A stretch of DNA of 64,000 nucleotides, taken from an uncultured Hormoscilla sp. GTDB taxonomy: Bacteria; Cyanobacteriota; Cyanobacteriia; Cyanobacteriales; Desertifilaceae. The notes below the pieces were generated by a model. That model was not told where the DNA came from. It saw only the letters and a list, made by a program, of their open reading frames with translations, and made no database searches. Numbering within the stretch: the first letter of the stretch is position 1; each line of letters starts with the position of its first letter. Of the stretch, positions 1-14,032 are shown piece by piece. The stretch lies in contig OZ001293.3 in assembly GCA_963921275.4 (NCBI GenBank), positions 1,920,001-1,984,000 of the forward strand, in the 5' to 3' direction. The translations under genes were made by a program, and so were the position numbers.

Positions 1-540
1 CCGCAGATAGTCTAGGGGGTGACATAGGGTAAGGATGATGCCACCCCCTAAATCAGCACGAGCGCTGTAGCTGTAGCGGTAATCTTCCCAAGGATGCCAG
101 TCGGGTAAATATTCTCCCCAGTGAACGTGGGTATAGATCGGTTTGGCTATCGCCCCATTGTTGATTAATTCTCTGACTACACCTAAACCCTGATTAAACC
201 GGAACTGAAACCCTACTAACACCTTTAATCCTTGTTTTCCTACAGTGGATAGCAATAAATTGACGCCATCAGAAGTATGAGAAATGGGTTTCTCAATGAA
301 CAGATGACATTGAGCTAGAGCTGTTTCTAAAGCAACACTCAGGTGTAGAAAAGTTGGATTCGCAATTATAGCTGCTTGGGGTTGATGAGCGAGGGCAGCT
401 TGCCAATCAGTTTCACTGGGTATGCCTGCCAATTCTGATTCTGGTAGAGTATTCTTGTGAGTGCGATATAGAACAAAATTATGACAACCTAATGCTTGCA
501 GATTGCGCAAATGACGACGACCTATTGAACCAATTATCAA
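1..540 (-). CDS. Gfo/Idh/MocA-family oxidoreductase, partial (runs off window start; start codon unclear, possibly degraded)
   Basis: Manual translation gives KILIIGSIGRRHLRNL...HLFIEKPISH...VGFQFRF...GEYLPDWHPWEDYRYSYSARADLGGGIILTLCHPLDY. There is no ATG before an upstream in-frame TGA. Confidence 0.75.
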   Translation of the reverse strand, partial: MIIGSIGRRHLRNLQALGCHNFVLYRTHKNTLPESELAGIPSETDWQAALAHQPQAAIIANPTFLHLSVALETALAQCHLFIEKPISHTSDGVNLLLSTVGKQGLKVLVGFQFRFNQGLGVVRELINNGAIAKPIYTHVHWGEYLPDWHPWEDYRYSYSARADLGGGIILTLCHPLDYLR

Positions 541-1523
541 AATTTTGCTAATTTTGTGATTCCTCTTGTTGTTCTGAAATCAATATTTATATTTGTTTTT
601 CACTACGTGGATTACTATCTGTTCTTTTACTTATCACTTCCTCTGTTGATAAAACAACCCTCTTTACCATGGTTCTTTTGATGTCACTAAAAACCTAAAT
701 GATTCTACCAATATCTAGGCTAAATAACTTCGACTTAAACAACCAAATCTTCATATTGTACAGCCCTGGCTTTAATCCTAAGCAAGGCATCTGAAGCTGA
801 ATTTCATGGTCCCCTGGGGATAAATTAAGCGACTCGCCGTCTTTTTTGCTATTTACCCTAAATGCATGATCGCTCCCACCCGATATTTCCATGACTCCTA
901 TATCTACTACTACATCTTCTATTCTTTCGCGTGCTTTGCAAAACATACACAACCATGCTGATTCACCACTCACTGGTGCCTCTATAACATTCCCTTGAGA
1001 GTTCCTAAAATATAGTGAAGTAATATCTAGTCCTGAACTTTCTGCTTCTGATTTTTCGGTAAGCAATATTTTTCCTAACTCTCGATCGTCATTTACCTTG
1101 CTTAGAAACATATCTGCCTCATATTTTTTTATAATTGCATATGTTTCACCTGAGCAACTAAATTTCCCTTGTTGATATATATAGCATGATCGCATACCTT
1201 AAGAATTGGTTGAGGGTGGTCAGAAACCAGGATAAAAGTGACGCTATTTCTGCGTATTTCATATAACCGGCGATAACACTTAGCTCTAAACTTGATATCT
1301 CCCACCGATAATACTTCATCAATTAATAGAATATCTGGCTCTGTATGTATTGCACAGGCAAACCCCAACCGTGCCCTCATCCCAGAACTATAAGTCTGCA
1401 CTGGCGCATCGATCGCCTCTTCAATCTCGGCAAAATCTACAACTGCCTCAAACCGCGAGTCGATCTCTTGTGATGACAACCCCAAAATCGACATATTCAC
1501 ATAAATATTTTCTCTGCCTGTCA

Positions 1524-2729
1524 GGCACTGGTTCCGTTAAGTGTTTGGGGTCTTGCTGCTGAATTTAGGGAATTACAGAGCAGATCGTATGCTCAATAAT
1601 TGAGACCTTGATATTCCGGTTTCCAAGAGCCCTAACTTGACAGCAGGGACAACTTTAGTCGTGAAATGCACCGTACAAAGTTGTGGATGACCCAGAAGAA
1701 ATCCAGGGTTCTTTGGAGATGTTGACGAGACTTCGCATCGGTGTTGGTTTGGCGACGGAAAGCCGAATTTCGCCGTCGCATTCAGGCATTGAATCCCTCA
1801 ACATGGTTGGCATGAATCTCGTTTTCTACCACTTTCGTCTCTGTCTGAGGATGCTCAGGCACGGGAGCTTCATATTTCTTACGAGGACGACCCACTCGCT
1901 TCTTGGCTCCTTTATTCTTGAGTCTGACCCGTATTCCTTTAGGCAGAGGTTTGGGGGGACGACCGAGTTTGCCATCTCGGATCACCTCATGGCAAATGTC
2001 AAAGAGCAAATTACCATAACGCCGTTCCCCATCGGTAAACAGGCTAAGATCCTCGGTTTGCGAAATCACTTCAACCAAAGTATTTAAGGCTCGCTTAAAC
2101 AGTTGTTGGTCTTTCGAGCCACAGTGCAACTCCCACAAAAAACGACTGGGCGGTGTCTTCCGCGTACTCTTGTCCTGAAGGACAAGAGTACGCGGAAGAC
2201 GCCGGAGATCCCGACTAACAATCCTCCACCCTTGACTCAGAGCAGGCGGCTCATTTTTCTCCACCAATGTATAGAGTTCATCTCCTTCAATCATCAATTC
2301 TATAAACTGATGGAGCCAGGCAGAGAGCCTCAGAACTGGTTTGAGCTCCCCGAGACGGTCTTCCCAATCGATGACAGTTTTCTTGGAGACGTTAAAGGTT
2401 CGTGCGACTGCATTGAGACCCATCCCTTCACTCCTGGCTTTGAGAACTTGGATAATCCGACTTCAGGGAGTTCGTAGACCCGCTAAGTGGCCAAGGTTTC
2501 ACTGTAGTAAATGTCACACGCCTGGCAATGGTGGATGGTGCGGCTACCGTTGTGTTGAGTCTCATAATGGTGGTGAGGGTGTACCTCTTCACTCCCACAA
2601 CAGGGACAACACTGCGAGAATAGTTCCATAACACACCTCCAATTCCGGAAAAGTCTCAGCCTCTCTATGATCATCTATAATTCATAGAGGGCAAGCCTTT
2701 GGGCTATCCTGTTTAGCGGAACCAGTGCC
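1524..2729 (-). mobile_element. IS element (IS1-family-like DDE transposase, frameshifted), 1206 bp
   Basis: TIRs are GGCACTGGTTCCGTTAA / TTAGCGGAACCAGTGCC. The 8-bp TSD GCCTGTCA is at 1516-1523 and 2730-2737. ORF pieces encode a zinc ribbon (CPCC...CQAC), an HTH (ARTFNVSKKTVIDW) and DDE motifs (EGDELYT, FTDGERRY). Confidence 0.9.
2151..2204. repeat. Palindromic small dispersed repeat (family C) inserted in-frame in the transposase
   Basis: 25-bp arms CGG(T/C)GTCTTCCGCGTACTCTTGTCC flank a TGAA loop. Related GTCCTTCAGGACAAGAG units recur at 11770-11935. Confidence 0.85.
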
Positions 2730-3237
2730 GCCTGTCAAAATCGGATTAAATCCTGCTCCCAAGGCAATCAGTGGCGCTATCCTACCCCTTACCTTCACTG
2801 TACCAGTATCTGGCTTGATTAGACCACTAATAATTCTTAGCAGGGTAGTTTTCCCACTGCCATTCGGACCCACTAGCCCCAGTGCTTCTCCTCTACGAAG
2901 CTGAAAACCTACATTATTCACTGCCCAAAACTCTTGAGATCTTAGCCTGTCACTGTTTTTCCGAAGTCCTGTTAATTCCTTGGTAATGTCTTGAATGCCG
3001 TAGAAAAGAGAACTCTTCAAGTCCCGACAAAACTTTTTGGAGACTCCCGATAGTACCACTTCAGCCTCTTGAGACTTTTTAGTCACTTCTCTATCAGAAA
3101 CACTAATCATCAGGAACTCATCCTTTCTACTATAAAGGGCATTGCTAATCGGTAAACTACCCAGCTAACCAACAAACCACCCAAAGCGATACCACTGGCT
3201 ATCAAAAATCCCACTGAATCTGACACGACACCTCAGC

Positions 3238-3957
3238 CTAAGAATTGCGATCGGGCTCGATGTCCGCTTCTCGCAGTAATTGTTCTAAACGTTTAGCAAG
3301 TTGACGTTCCTGTTCAAGTTGTTCTGACACAATTTCCTTAGCCTGACGTTCTTCGAGCAATTCCTGCTGAACCCTTTGCAATTGCTGGTTCACTTGCAAA
3401 TAATCAGCAAACGGTTGACCCTCTGGACGATACAACACCAGGGTGTCCGATGACAGTTCAAAGCGAATTCCCAACCGAGGAGAAACCCAACCATTCATCT
3501 CATCAATCACATCTAACCAAGCATCAGAACGCGACCATCCCTTTAAGCTATTTTTCTTGGGATCGTAGAGATAGTATTCTTCCACCCCATAGCGATCGTA
3601 AAATAACAACTTCCAGTTCATTTCCTTAGTGGTATTCCCTGGAGAAAGAATCTCAAAGACCACTTGGGGGGCGATATGATTCTCTTTCCACTGTTTATAA
3701 GAACCTCGATCGCCTTTTTCGACACCAAACACTACCATTATATCCGGGGCTTGGCGCAATTTATTATTCCCTTCCACTGGATACCAAAGCAAATCTCCAG
3801 CCACGAAAACTTTACTGTTGTCGGCAAATAACCAAGCTAAATTGTAATAAATGACTGTAATCCAACGAAATTGAATGGTCTTATCTGCCATTGGTTGTCC
3901 ATCACTGTCAGGATAAATGATTTCGGCATCGGTTTGGGGCTGCAATTGTGTGACCAT
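3238..3957 (-). CDS. Uma2-family endonuclease-fold protein
   Basis: YPDSDGQPMAD, APDIMVVFG, PQVVFEILSPGN, YGVEEYYLYDP motifs and a C-terminal coiled coil. Confidence 0.9.
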   Translation of the reverse strand: MVTQLQPQTDAEIIYPDSDGQPMADKTIQFRWITVIYYNLAWLFADNSKVFVAGDLLWYPVEGNNKLRQAPDIMVVFGVEKGDRGSYKQWKENHIAPQVVFEILSPGNTTKEMNWKLLFYDRYGVEEYYLYDPKKNSLKGWSRSDAWLDVIDEMNGWVSPRLGIRFELSSDTLVLYRPEGQPFADYLQVNQQLQRVQQELLEERQAKEIVSEQLEQERQLAKRLEQLLREADIEPDRNS

Positions 3958-4033
3958 ATTTAATTAACTCAATGTAGAATAGACTCATAGCACACCAAAA
4001 CTATTTGTATACTATCTTACCACAGGGATTCAA

Positions 4034-7000
4034 TTAATTACCTCCTATAAGAATCAAGGGCGACCAATAGGCTGGATGGCGATCAACTTCACTCAGCTTT
4101 GCTTGCTGCAGACTTGCACTCATCCCCTGCTTGAGATGCTGATAAAATGCGATCGCCATCTCCCCACTTTGCCGATCCGCACTTGGCCAGAGACTGGCGA
4201 TCGCCTCTTTCGCCCCCGCTTGTTCCCACAAATAAGCAAATCCTGATATTTCGGGCCCGGCGGTTTGGGGGATAATAATGCTAATCAGTTCTGTTTTTTA
4301 CAGTCCCAGAAGTGCTGCCTCGGCAATGGGGAAGGTTTGGTTATTTGCAAATAGCAAGGTATTCTCTTCCATGCCTAAATTGGGACAGCCTCCAGGTTGG
4401 AAACAACCGTGAGTCTCCAGGTGCAGAAACCGATATCGGGGCCCTTGACTTTTGAACCGGTTGAGAGTCGGTTGACTGCCAATATATGCTTTACTATTGG
4501 GAAAAATTCTGCTGATTTCCCGGGCTGTTACTTCTGGCAGATTAACCGACGATGGCAAGGGGTTTCCAACTGCAAACACATATGCATTTCTTTGCATCAG
4601 CAACCATAAGGCCCCGCTACCCCACAGCAGCAGCAATGCCCCACTCACGATGATGCCTGGTTTCCGCCACAACCAAATTGCCGCGCTGCCCAATACGATC
4701 ACTACCACTAGAGATATAATGATTGGTGAGGAGATCGCGCCTATCTGGACCATCTCATTCGCCTCTGTCTGTTCCCAAGTCCGACCCCCTACCCGAGTCA
4801 GATAGTTGACGGGATATTTCTCGATCAGGTATTCGCTGCCCGAAGCCCGATCGCACTCTTTCCTTGACTCACTTTCACAGAGAGTTTCCCAGGGAATATC
4901 CCCCAACTTTCCACTCAGGATAATACTCAGTTGCTGGGGTGCTTGAATTTCCCCTGCCACTGGACCCATCAATATCTCGTATAATTTAGCGCTGGTTTCC
5001 CGATATTTTCTGTCTTTGGGGTCTGACAATTGCTGGCGGTAATCTTGCAACAACTGGTCGAATTTTTCTGGCTTTATATTTTCCTTGATAACATTGATTC
5101 TCTCTTTTGTCAACACAAAAATTGCCAGAATCGAGGAGACATTTTCTACTCCGGTTAGCAAAACTGGATGCACGATCAGCGTCTCCCGAACGCGCTAATC
5201 GCACTGTCCGGGAGACGCTGAAGCCCTTCCTGGCGGGATCTTCGAGAGCAGCTGTTCGCTCTTAATCGGAGTGGTATATAATAGTTCTGCTACTTCTGGG
5301 AATTGACTGGTGATCGCCGCCTCTTGCTGGGACAGTGATGCTTTTAAGTCTCGCAGTTTTTGGGCTACTCCTGAATCGAAATTCTCTGCTAACTGTTGTT
5401 CCCGCAAATCTATTTCCTGATGTTCGGCCTGCCACTGGGCCATTGCTGCTTCTGCTTCCGGGTTCGCCACCCGCCCATTAATCTTCCGGAAGTAGTCAGC
5501 TAGCTCTACAATAGTAGCTAGGTTGACCCATTCATAGGCCCGATCGGGTTGCTTTTCTTCGATCAGCATATCCAGCAGCGAGATCAGCAGTTTGCGGTAT
5601 TCTTTTGACTCTGATATCCCTGCCTGTCCCATCTGTAAACTAATTGTTACAGCTTCTTCTAAAACCCAGATCGCCTCTGCTGGTCGGTCCAATACTTGGT
5701 AGACGATCGCCATATTTCTCAGAGTCTTCACAATGCGCGATCGCACTCCCACTTCTCTGTCTACTACCAATGCTTGCTGAAAAAACTCCAACGCCTGTTC
5801 CGGTTGTCCCAAGTCTCCGTAGACGGCGGCGATATTATTCAGAGTCGTCGCCACCACCGATCTATCTTCCAACTTTTGGGCGATCTGCAAGGCTTTTTGG
5901 TAGAATTGTAACGGCCGTTCTGGTAGTTCCAAGTCCCCGTACATTGCAGCCATATGATTCAGGGTAGCAGCTTCCCTTTCTGGGTCCGGAAGTTGCCTGA
6001 TTATCGGTAAAGCTGCTTGCAAGAACTCCAATGCTTTATACCTTTGCCCGATCGCTCTATAGGCCACGCCGATATTATACAGCGCCTCTACCTCTCCCGG
6101 GCGATCGCCCATCTGACGGCGCAGGGGCAAAGCGCGGCTAAAGTAATTCAACGCCTGCCGATCTTTTCCCAGATTTCTGTATGCTGCACCCAGTCCCGTC
6201 AGGGTCGCTGCTTTTGATGACCGATCCCCTACTTGTTTTAATATCGACCAAGCTTGCTGGTAATGGGACAACGCCTTCTGAGATTCTTCCCTATCTAAGT
6301 ATACCGCCCCCATATTACTCAAGGCGATCGTTTCTGAGATGCGATCGCCCACTTCCCTACTTATTGGCAAAGCTTGATTGTATAATTCCAGCGCCTTTGT
6401 TGCTTCCCCCAGCTTCTTATATACCCAGGGCAAGCGCAAGAAAAATTGTGCATGTGGTATGGAGCCACGAAAATTGCGAGTGGACTGTGCCCTATTCGCA
6501 CTCCTTGAAGGAAATCATTCTCATTATAGTTGATAATAGATGCCCCAAGCATGATTCTTGCGCTTACCCTGCTTATATACCGCCTCGATATTATTCAGCG
6601 TCCTCGCCAACTCTCTGCTGGTTCCATTATCTCTTTCAATTGACAGTCCTTGGTTGTAATATTCTAACGCCTCTTGCCATTTTCCCTGTTCGTAGTAGAT
6701 CGTACCCATAGCATTCAGCGTCGAAGCTTCTGTCGATCGGTCTCCCAACTTCTGAGACATCAGCAACAACTTTTTATAGGACTACAACACCTTTGAAGCT
6801 TGTCCCAGTTCTTTCTGTAGCCCCGCGATCTGCTTGAGAATCTTTACTTTTTCTGCTGCATTTCCCAATTCTTCTACTCTTTGACTGGCTTGGTTATAGT
6901 CAATACTCCGGACAGTTTTTAGACCCTATTTCGACCACAACACAAGGGTTGCAGCCAAAATCGCCTTATTTTTTTCAATGTCTGCCCCAGGGCTAACTTG

Positions 7001-7160
7001 CCTAAAATTGCTCTATCGAGCAAAGGCTGACGCTGCGATGCGCGAGGGGTAGTGCGAGTAGCGCACCTCGAGTGCATCGCAAGGCTTGCAGCTACGTACA
7101 GCCAAAACGGTCCGGACTATTGTTATAGTAACTCAATGCCTTTTCTAGTTTCCCGCAAAT
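4034..7160 (-). pseudogene. TPR-repeat / CHAT-domain protein, fragmented
   Basis: TPR repeats lie in 5195-6439 and 6524-6769. CHAT motifs (LHLETHG, IASLW, HPAYWSPLILIG) lie in 4034-5173. There are multiple frameshifts, a palindromic insert at about 5177-5220 and a MITE at 6901-7122. Confidence 0.85.
6901..7122. mobile_element. MITE (222 bp) inserted in the TPR gene
   Basis: TIRs are CAATACTCCGGACAGTTTT / AAAACGGTCCGGACTATTG. The 7-bp TSD TTATAGT is at 6894-6900 and 7123-7129. Excision restores ALSYYN-QASQRVEELG. Confidence 0.85.
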
Positions 7161-7162
7161 GA

Positions 7163-7676
7163 AGCATTTAGACCAACCGAATGCGCCGACAGTATCACAA
7201 GAAAATTGCGTGATATAACATATTATCACCCATGTCAAGTGATACTGGCTTTCGATATCTCTGCCGGTGCTCTTGTCCCAGGGTCTATGGACAGCACACA
7301 GGAGACATCGGCGATAGGTACCCATGGCTGCGCCCCCAGCGCAGCGCTAGGTTGACAAGTGGCTGTACCGACGAGCGGGAGAGTGTAGTTGACAAGGCCT
7401 AATGGCCACGAAAATGGTGGTTATCAATGGTCAAGAAACTGGCAAGGGGGTTTGTAGAAATGGCCTGCTGTTTCCAGCAGTGAGACGAGAAGACTCGACT
7501 CGACTATCCCAGGAGTGCTTCTTAGATTTGGTTTACTACAACACTCTACAGGGTGGATAGCTTTCGGACCAACTCCCTTTTCAACTGGCTGTCGTAATAC
7601 ATATGTATTACGACATGACTGTATATGTTACATAGTGAATTATAAAAATTATTCTCAAAACTGTCCGGACTATTGT
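7163..7676 (-). mobile_element. Internally deleted remnant of a DDE (IS4-superfamily-like) element, sister copy of 10770-13959
   Basis: 7350-7676 is nearly identical to 13636-13959, ending in the TIR AAAACTGTCCGGACTATTG. 7163-7250 matches 11028-11116. Confidence 0.75.
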
Positions 7677-7682
7677 CTTATG

Positions 7683-8402
7683 CTAATCGCTTTTTTGCCA
7701 TCCTAAACGGGTTGGCTGTTGATAAACTCGCTTTAATGTGTTAACATCTCTAGCAGAAATCTCTGGAGGATAGCGCACCTGAGAAAAATACATGACATCC
7801 CTCTGGTCAGGAGAATGTCCCCATATTCCCAGAGCATGACCCATTTCGTGACGTGCCGTTGCTGTCGTGTACTCAGATGTCTGGTTCGGGCTTAACCAGA
7901 TAATAAACTTATGTGACAAAATCCCGGATGCATTATAATATAGCTCAAAGCGAGTTGACCCAGCCCGCACTCGACCTAACTCCCCGTTAGGGCCCAACTG
8001 CAACGGCGGATTTTTGCGCTTAACGATTATATCTGCCATTTCTTGCCGTTCTACTACCTTTAAGGGCAAATAAACTTGCCATTGGACTACCCCAAGCCAT
8101 ACCGCCTTTCGCCATTCTTGCCCGCGACCATCTCCCGATGATGAGTCTAGATAGATTTTAATCGGAAAGGACGACCATACTAGATAACCTACCTCGCTTG
8201 GCTGCACTCGCTCAAAATAATCGCCACTCTCTTTTTCCGAATGCCATTGGGCCAGACTGGGCGGTAGCGGATGGGCTACAAGAGGTGGTTTTGGTCCTTC
8301 TGTCGCCCGGAGACTATTGCTGGACAGATGCGGAAAATGACTGGCGATCGCTAGGATACAAGATGCGATCGCCACTCCTAAAATCAGCCATAACTGCCGC
8401 AT
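7683..8402 (-). CDS. Matrixin-like (M10-type) zinc metallopeptidase, secreted
   Basis: HEMGHALGIWGHS zinc motif, Met-turn DVMY and an N-terminal hydrophobic signal. Confidence 0.85.
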   Translation of the reverse strand: MRQLWLILGVAIASCILAIASHFPHLSSNSLRATEGPKPPLVAHPLPPSLAQWHSEKESGDYFERVQPSEVGYLVWSSFPIKIYLDSSSGDGRGQEWRKAVWLGVVQWQVYLPLKVVERQEMADIIVKRKNPPLQLGPNGELGRVRAGSTRFELYYNASGILSHKFIIWLSPNQTSEYTTATARHEMGHALGIWGHSPDQRDVMYFSQVRYPPEISARDVNTLKRVYQQPTRLGWQKSD

Positions 8403-8632
8403 TAACCTAACCAGTTAGCGCTCAAAATCACGGTTAAGCCTATAAACATCACCGTCAGGGTCCAGGTAATGCGGTTGAGAGCAGTTTCGGCACTCTTAGT
8501 ACTGGTAAACAGTTGAGCTTGTCCGCCAATACCGCCGAGGCCATCTCCTTTAGGGCTATGCAGCAATACTAAGACGATCAAACCCACGGCCGACACGACC
8601 CAAATAATTTCTAGGATGTTGTTAACATTCAT
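8402..8632 (-). CDS. secG: Preprotein translocase subunit SecG
   Basis: LLHSPKGDGLGGIGGQAQLFTSTKSAETALNRITW; located downstream of gpmI. Confidence 0.97.
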   Translation of the reverse strand: MNVNNILEIIWVVSAVGLIVLVLLHSPKGDGLGGIGGQAQLFTSTKSAETALNRITWTLTVMFIGLTVILSANWLG

Positions 8633-8633
8633 A

Positions 8634-8764
8634 GGTTAGTGGTTAGTTGTCAGTGGTTAGTGGTCAGTTGTCAGTGGTTAGTGGTCAGTTGTCAGTAGTT
8701 AGTGGTCAGTTGTCAGTTGTCTTAGAGGTGGTCAACCCACAACTGACAACCCACAACTGACAAC
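8634..8764. repeat. Short tandem heptamer repeats (STRR-type GGTTAGT/GTCAGTT) with inverted copies
   Basis: Visible 7-bp periodicity followed by inverted CAACTGA units. Confidence 0.85.
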
Positions 8765-10363
8765 TTACCGGGACAGTCGCACCGGAGAACGATTCTGTTG
8801 CACTTGATAGGCAGGTAATCGCAACATCGATTTACCTGTCATTTCCAAGGGCTGCGGTAGCCTTAAAATCTCCAGGATCGTCGGCGCGATGTCGGCTAAA
8901 CGACCATCACTCCTGAGACCGACTTCAGCCCCATGTCCTGGGATTTTTAGTCCTTCCCCTTCTATCAGGATAAACGGAACTGGGTTGGTTGTGTGAGCTG
9001 TCCAGGGGTTACCCGCAAAGTCAAGCATCAGTTCCGCATTGCCGTGGTCTGCTGTAATGATTACTGTTCCTCCTACTCGGTTGACTGTTTCCACTAGCTG
9101 TCCCAAACATCGATCTACTGTTTGTATGGCTTGGACTGCCGCTGGTTGTATGCCTGTGTGACCTACCATGTCCGGGTTGGCGTAGTTGATCGCTATCAGG
9201 GAGTATATCTGTTGGGCGATCGCAGCACAGGCTTCATCTGTTACTGCCGCTGCGGACATTTCCGGCGCTTGGTCGTATGTTGGCACTATCGGACTTTGGA
9301 CCAGATAGCGGTCCTCTCCAGGAAAGGGTTCCTCTAAACCGCCATTGAAGAAATAGGTCACGTGGGCGTACTTTTCCGTTTCTGCAGTTCTAAACTGTCG
9401 CAGTCCATGCTGGGCTATCACTTCTCCCAGAATATTACTCAGGTTCTGGGGTTCAAAGGCTACTAAGACTGGCAAACTCGGATCGTACTGGGTAAAGGTG
9501 ACAAAGGTCAAAGGCTCAAGAAGCTCTCGTTCAAACCCTGTAAACTCCCGGTCTACAAAGACTTGGGTCAGCTGTCGGGCCCTGTCTGGGCGGAAGTTAA
9601 AGAATACCACCCCGTCTCCGGGTTCCACTGCACCGGGGGCTATCCGCGTCGGCACCACGAACTCATCTGTCACTCCCCCATTATAGGAAGCCTGCAATAC
9701 CTCTACTGCGCTACCATCGCATCCTGGACCATCGGTAGTCATCAGGTCGTAGGCTTTTTGGATCCGGTCCCAGCGTTTGTCCCGGTCCATTGCATAGTAA
9801 CGACCGCTGAGGGTGACGATGCGCCCGACTCCGATTTTTTCTATATAGTCTTGAATGCGTCCGATCGCCTTCACGCCATCAGTAGGATAAGTATCCCTAC
9901 CATCGGTGATCGCGTGGATGCAAACCTGGGAAATCTCCTGAGCTGCTGCTATATCCAGCAGTCCCAATAAATGGTCCAGATGGGAATGTACGCCCCCTTC
10001 CGAACACAGCCCTACTAAATGTAGCTTACCGTCGCGGGCGCGAATTTCACCCCATAGTTTCCCTAGGGCGAGATTCTCGGCCAGGGAACCATCTTCTACT
10101 GCATCTGATATCCGGACTAATTCTTGCTTGACTATCCGCCCTGCGCCGATATTCACGTGACCCACTTCCGAGTTTCCCATTTGACCCTCTGGTAGTCCCA
10201 CATCTTTGCCTGATGTTCTGATTAAGGTATTCGGATAAGCCGCCCAGAGGCTATCCATTACGGGAGTTTTCGCGGCGGCAATAGCGTTTCCCTCACTAGC
10301 TGAGCGGTAACCCCAGCCATCTAAAATGACTAGCACTACAGGGGATACAGGTGCTTGCGTCAT
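8765..10363 (-). CDS. gpmI: 2,3-bisphosphoglycerate-independent phosphoglycerate mutase
   Basis: LVILDGWG, GQMGNSEVGH, NPDMVGHTG and TADHGNAE motifs. Confidence 0.98.
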   Translation of the reverse strand: MTQAPVSPVVLVILDGWGYRSASEGNAIAAAKTPVMDSLWAAYPNTLIRTSGKDVGLPEGQMGNSEVGHVNIGAGRIVKQELVRISDAVEDGSLAENLALGKLWGEIRARDGKLHLVGLCSEGGVHSHLDHLLGLLDIAAAQEISQVCIHAITDGRDTYPTDGVKAIGRIQDYIEKIGVGRIVTLSGRYYAMDRDKRWDRIQKAYDLMTTDGPGCDGSAVEVLQASYNGGVTDEFVVPTRIAPGAVEPGDGVVFFNFRPDRARQLTQVFVDREFTGFERELLEPLTFVTFTQYDPSLPVLVAFEPQNLSNILGEVIAQHGLRQFRTAETEKYAHVTYFFNGGLEEPFPGEDRYLVQSPIVPTYDQAPEMSAAAVTDEACAAIAQQIYSLIAINYANPDMVGHTGIQPAAVQAIQTVDRCLGQLVETVNRVGGTVIITADHGNAELMLDFAGNPWTAHTTNPVPFILIEGEGLKIPGHGAEVGLRSDGRLADIAPTILEILRLPQPLEMTGKSMLRLPAYQVQQNRSPVRLSR

Positions 10364-11257
10364 ACTCGTTCACCAAGCTTTACGTCTAATTTCTCCCGCC
10401 CATCTTACCATTAGATTCTGCTTCTGACTTGCAATACTTGCTACACGGACAAAATTAGGAGGCTATGGCCCCGTAGGCAAGCAGGTTCTGGTAGTTCCTT
10501 CGATGTCTCCTGGTGCTGCCGAAACGTGGGAGCGCGGTTGAGCACTACCCACGTTTCGGCAGCGCGCTAAAAGCATAACTGGTGGGGAGACATCTTTGTG
10601 AGATTTAATCTTTCCTTGGAGGAGCCAAGGAAATAAATAAGTTCATGCATATGCTCTGTGAAGTGCCTTTAGAGAAGACAGCTCAAGAAAGCTCAACTCC
10701 GTGGCTGTGTCCCTTAACAGGCATGAGACGATAGTATCTCATGCCTGTTAAGGGACACAGGTTGCTGGCCCTTGACTGTTGTCTTGCTGTTTTAGCTTTC
10801 CGGACTGGCCGTGAAAGATATCTCTGCTCCTTGCTCTTGTCCCAGGGTCCATGGCTGCGCCACCCATCGCTGCGCCACCCATCGCTGCGCCACGCTACGC
10901 GCTACGCGATACGCGAACGGCACACAGGAGACATCGCCTCCGCATCGTGCTTAGCATCTTTTTGTCAATATCGGTGGTCAGCCATCGAACTTGCACCACA
11001 TAACCGCCCTTGCCATTGTGCTCAAAGAGCATTTAGACCAACCGAATGTGTCGACAGTATCACTTGACAATTGCGTGATCTAACATATTATTACCCATGT
11101 CAAGTGATACTGGCTGGATCCTCACAGACCACACCACCGCTGTATAAAGCTGTTCGATATCTCTGCTCCTTGCTCTTGTCCGGTGGTGACATGGCTGCGC
11201 CCCCAGCGCAGCGCTATCGGCACACAGGAGACATCGACGCCGTTCAATAAGGTTTTA

Positions 11258-13113
<1,856 letters not shown>

Positions 13114-13988
13114 TCAACCTTACCAGCGTAGCCTATAGCCGCGACGAAGATATCTCTGCTCCTTGCTCTTGTCCCAGGGTCCATGGCTGCGCCACCCATG
13201 GCTGCGCCACCCATGGCTGCGCCACCCATGGCTGCGCCACGCTACGCGATACGCGATACGCGCTATGCGATACGCGGACGGCACACAGGAGACATCGTCG
13301 TCCCCTTCTTTTCTGTGGTCTGATGCACTTCTTACTTTTCGATATCTCTGCTCCCTTGCTCTTGTCCCAGGGTCCATACGGCTTGTGCTCTTGTCCCCGG
13401 CCCCGGGGACATGGACGGCACACAGGAGACATCGGCGATAGGTACCCTCTGACAAGTGGCTGTACCGAACACAGGAGACATCGTCGTCCCCTTCTTTTCT
13501 GTGGTCCGATGCACTTCTTACTTTTCGATATCTCTGCTCCTTGCTCTTGTCCCAGGGTCCATACGGCTTGTGCTCTTGTCCCCGGCCCCGGGGACATGGA
13601 CGGCACACAGGAGACATCGGCGATAGGTACCCTCTGACAAGTGGCTGTACCGACGAGGGGGAGAGTGTAGTTGACAATGCCTAATGGCCACGAAAATGGT
13701 GGTTATCAATGGTCAAGAAACTGGCGTTGGGGTTTGTAGAAATGGCCTGCTGTTTCCAGCAGTGAGGCTAGAAGACTCTCTGAGACTATCCCAGGAGTGC
13801 TTCTTAGATTTGGTTTACTACAACACTCTACAGGGTGGATAGCTTGGAGACAAACTCCCTTTTCAACTGGCTGTCGTCATACATATGTATTACGAACTCT
13901 GACTGGATATTAACAATAGTTAATTATAAAAATTATTCTCAAAACTGTCCGGACTATTGTCAGTAGGATAGCAGAAACAATGATTAGT

Positions 13989-14032
13989 CGATGCGCGAGG
14001 GACAGTGCGATTAGCGCGTCCCGAGTGCATCG
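13989..14032. repeat. 44-bp palindromic small dispersed repeat (family A)
   Basis: CGATGCGCGAGGGACAGTGCGATTAGCGCGTCCCGAGTGCATCG. Copies occur at 7036-7079, 18634-18677 and 42051-42094, with a short form at 22095-22127. Confidence 0.9.

Larger units (their letters stand above)
630..3110 (-). pseudogene. wzt: Polysaccharide/O-antigen ABC exporter ATP-binding subunit (Wzt) with C-terminal domain, split by an IS and frameshifted
   Basis: Walker A GPNGSGKT lies in 2682-3110, YSSGMRARL/DEVLSVGD in 1129-1500, and the C-domain in 695-1195. Removing the IS plus one TSD restores GFNPILTG-RENIYVNMSILG. Further frameshifts occur near 1150 and 710. Confidence 0.9.

Noticed and set aside
13120..13709. Several overlapping ORFs of 60-185 aa with repeated peptides
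   Set aside because: They are translations of family D repeats and a tandem duplication of about 185 bp, not credible proteins.
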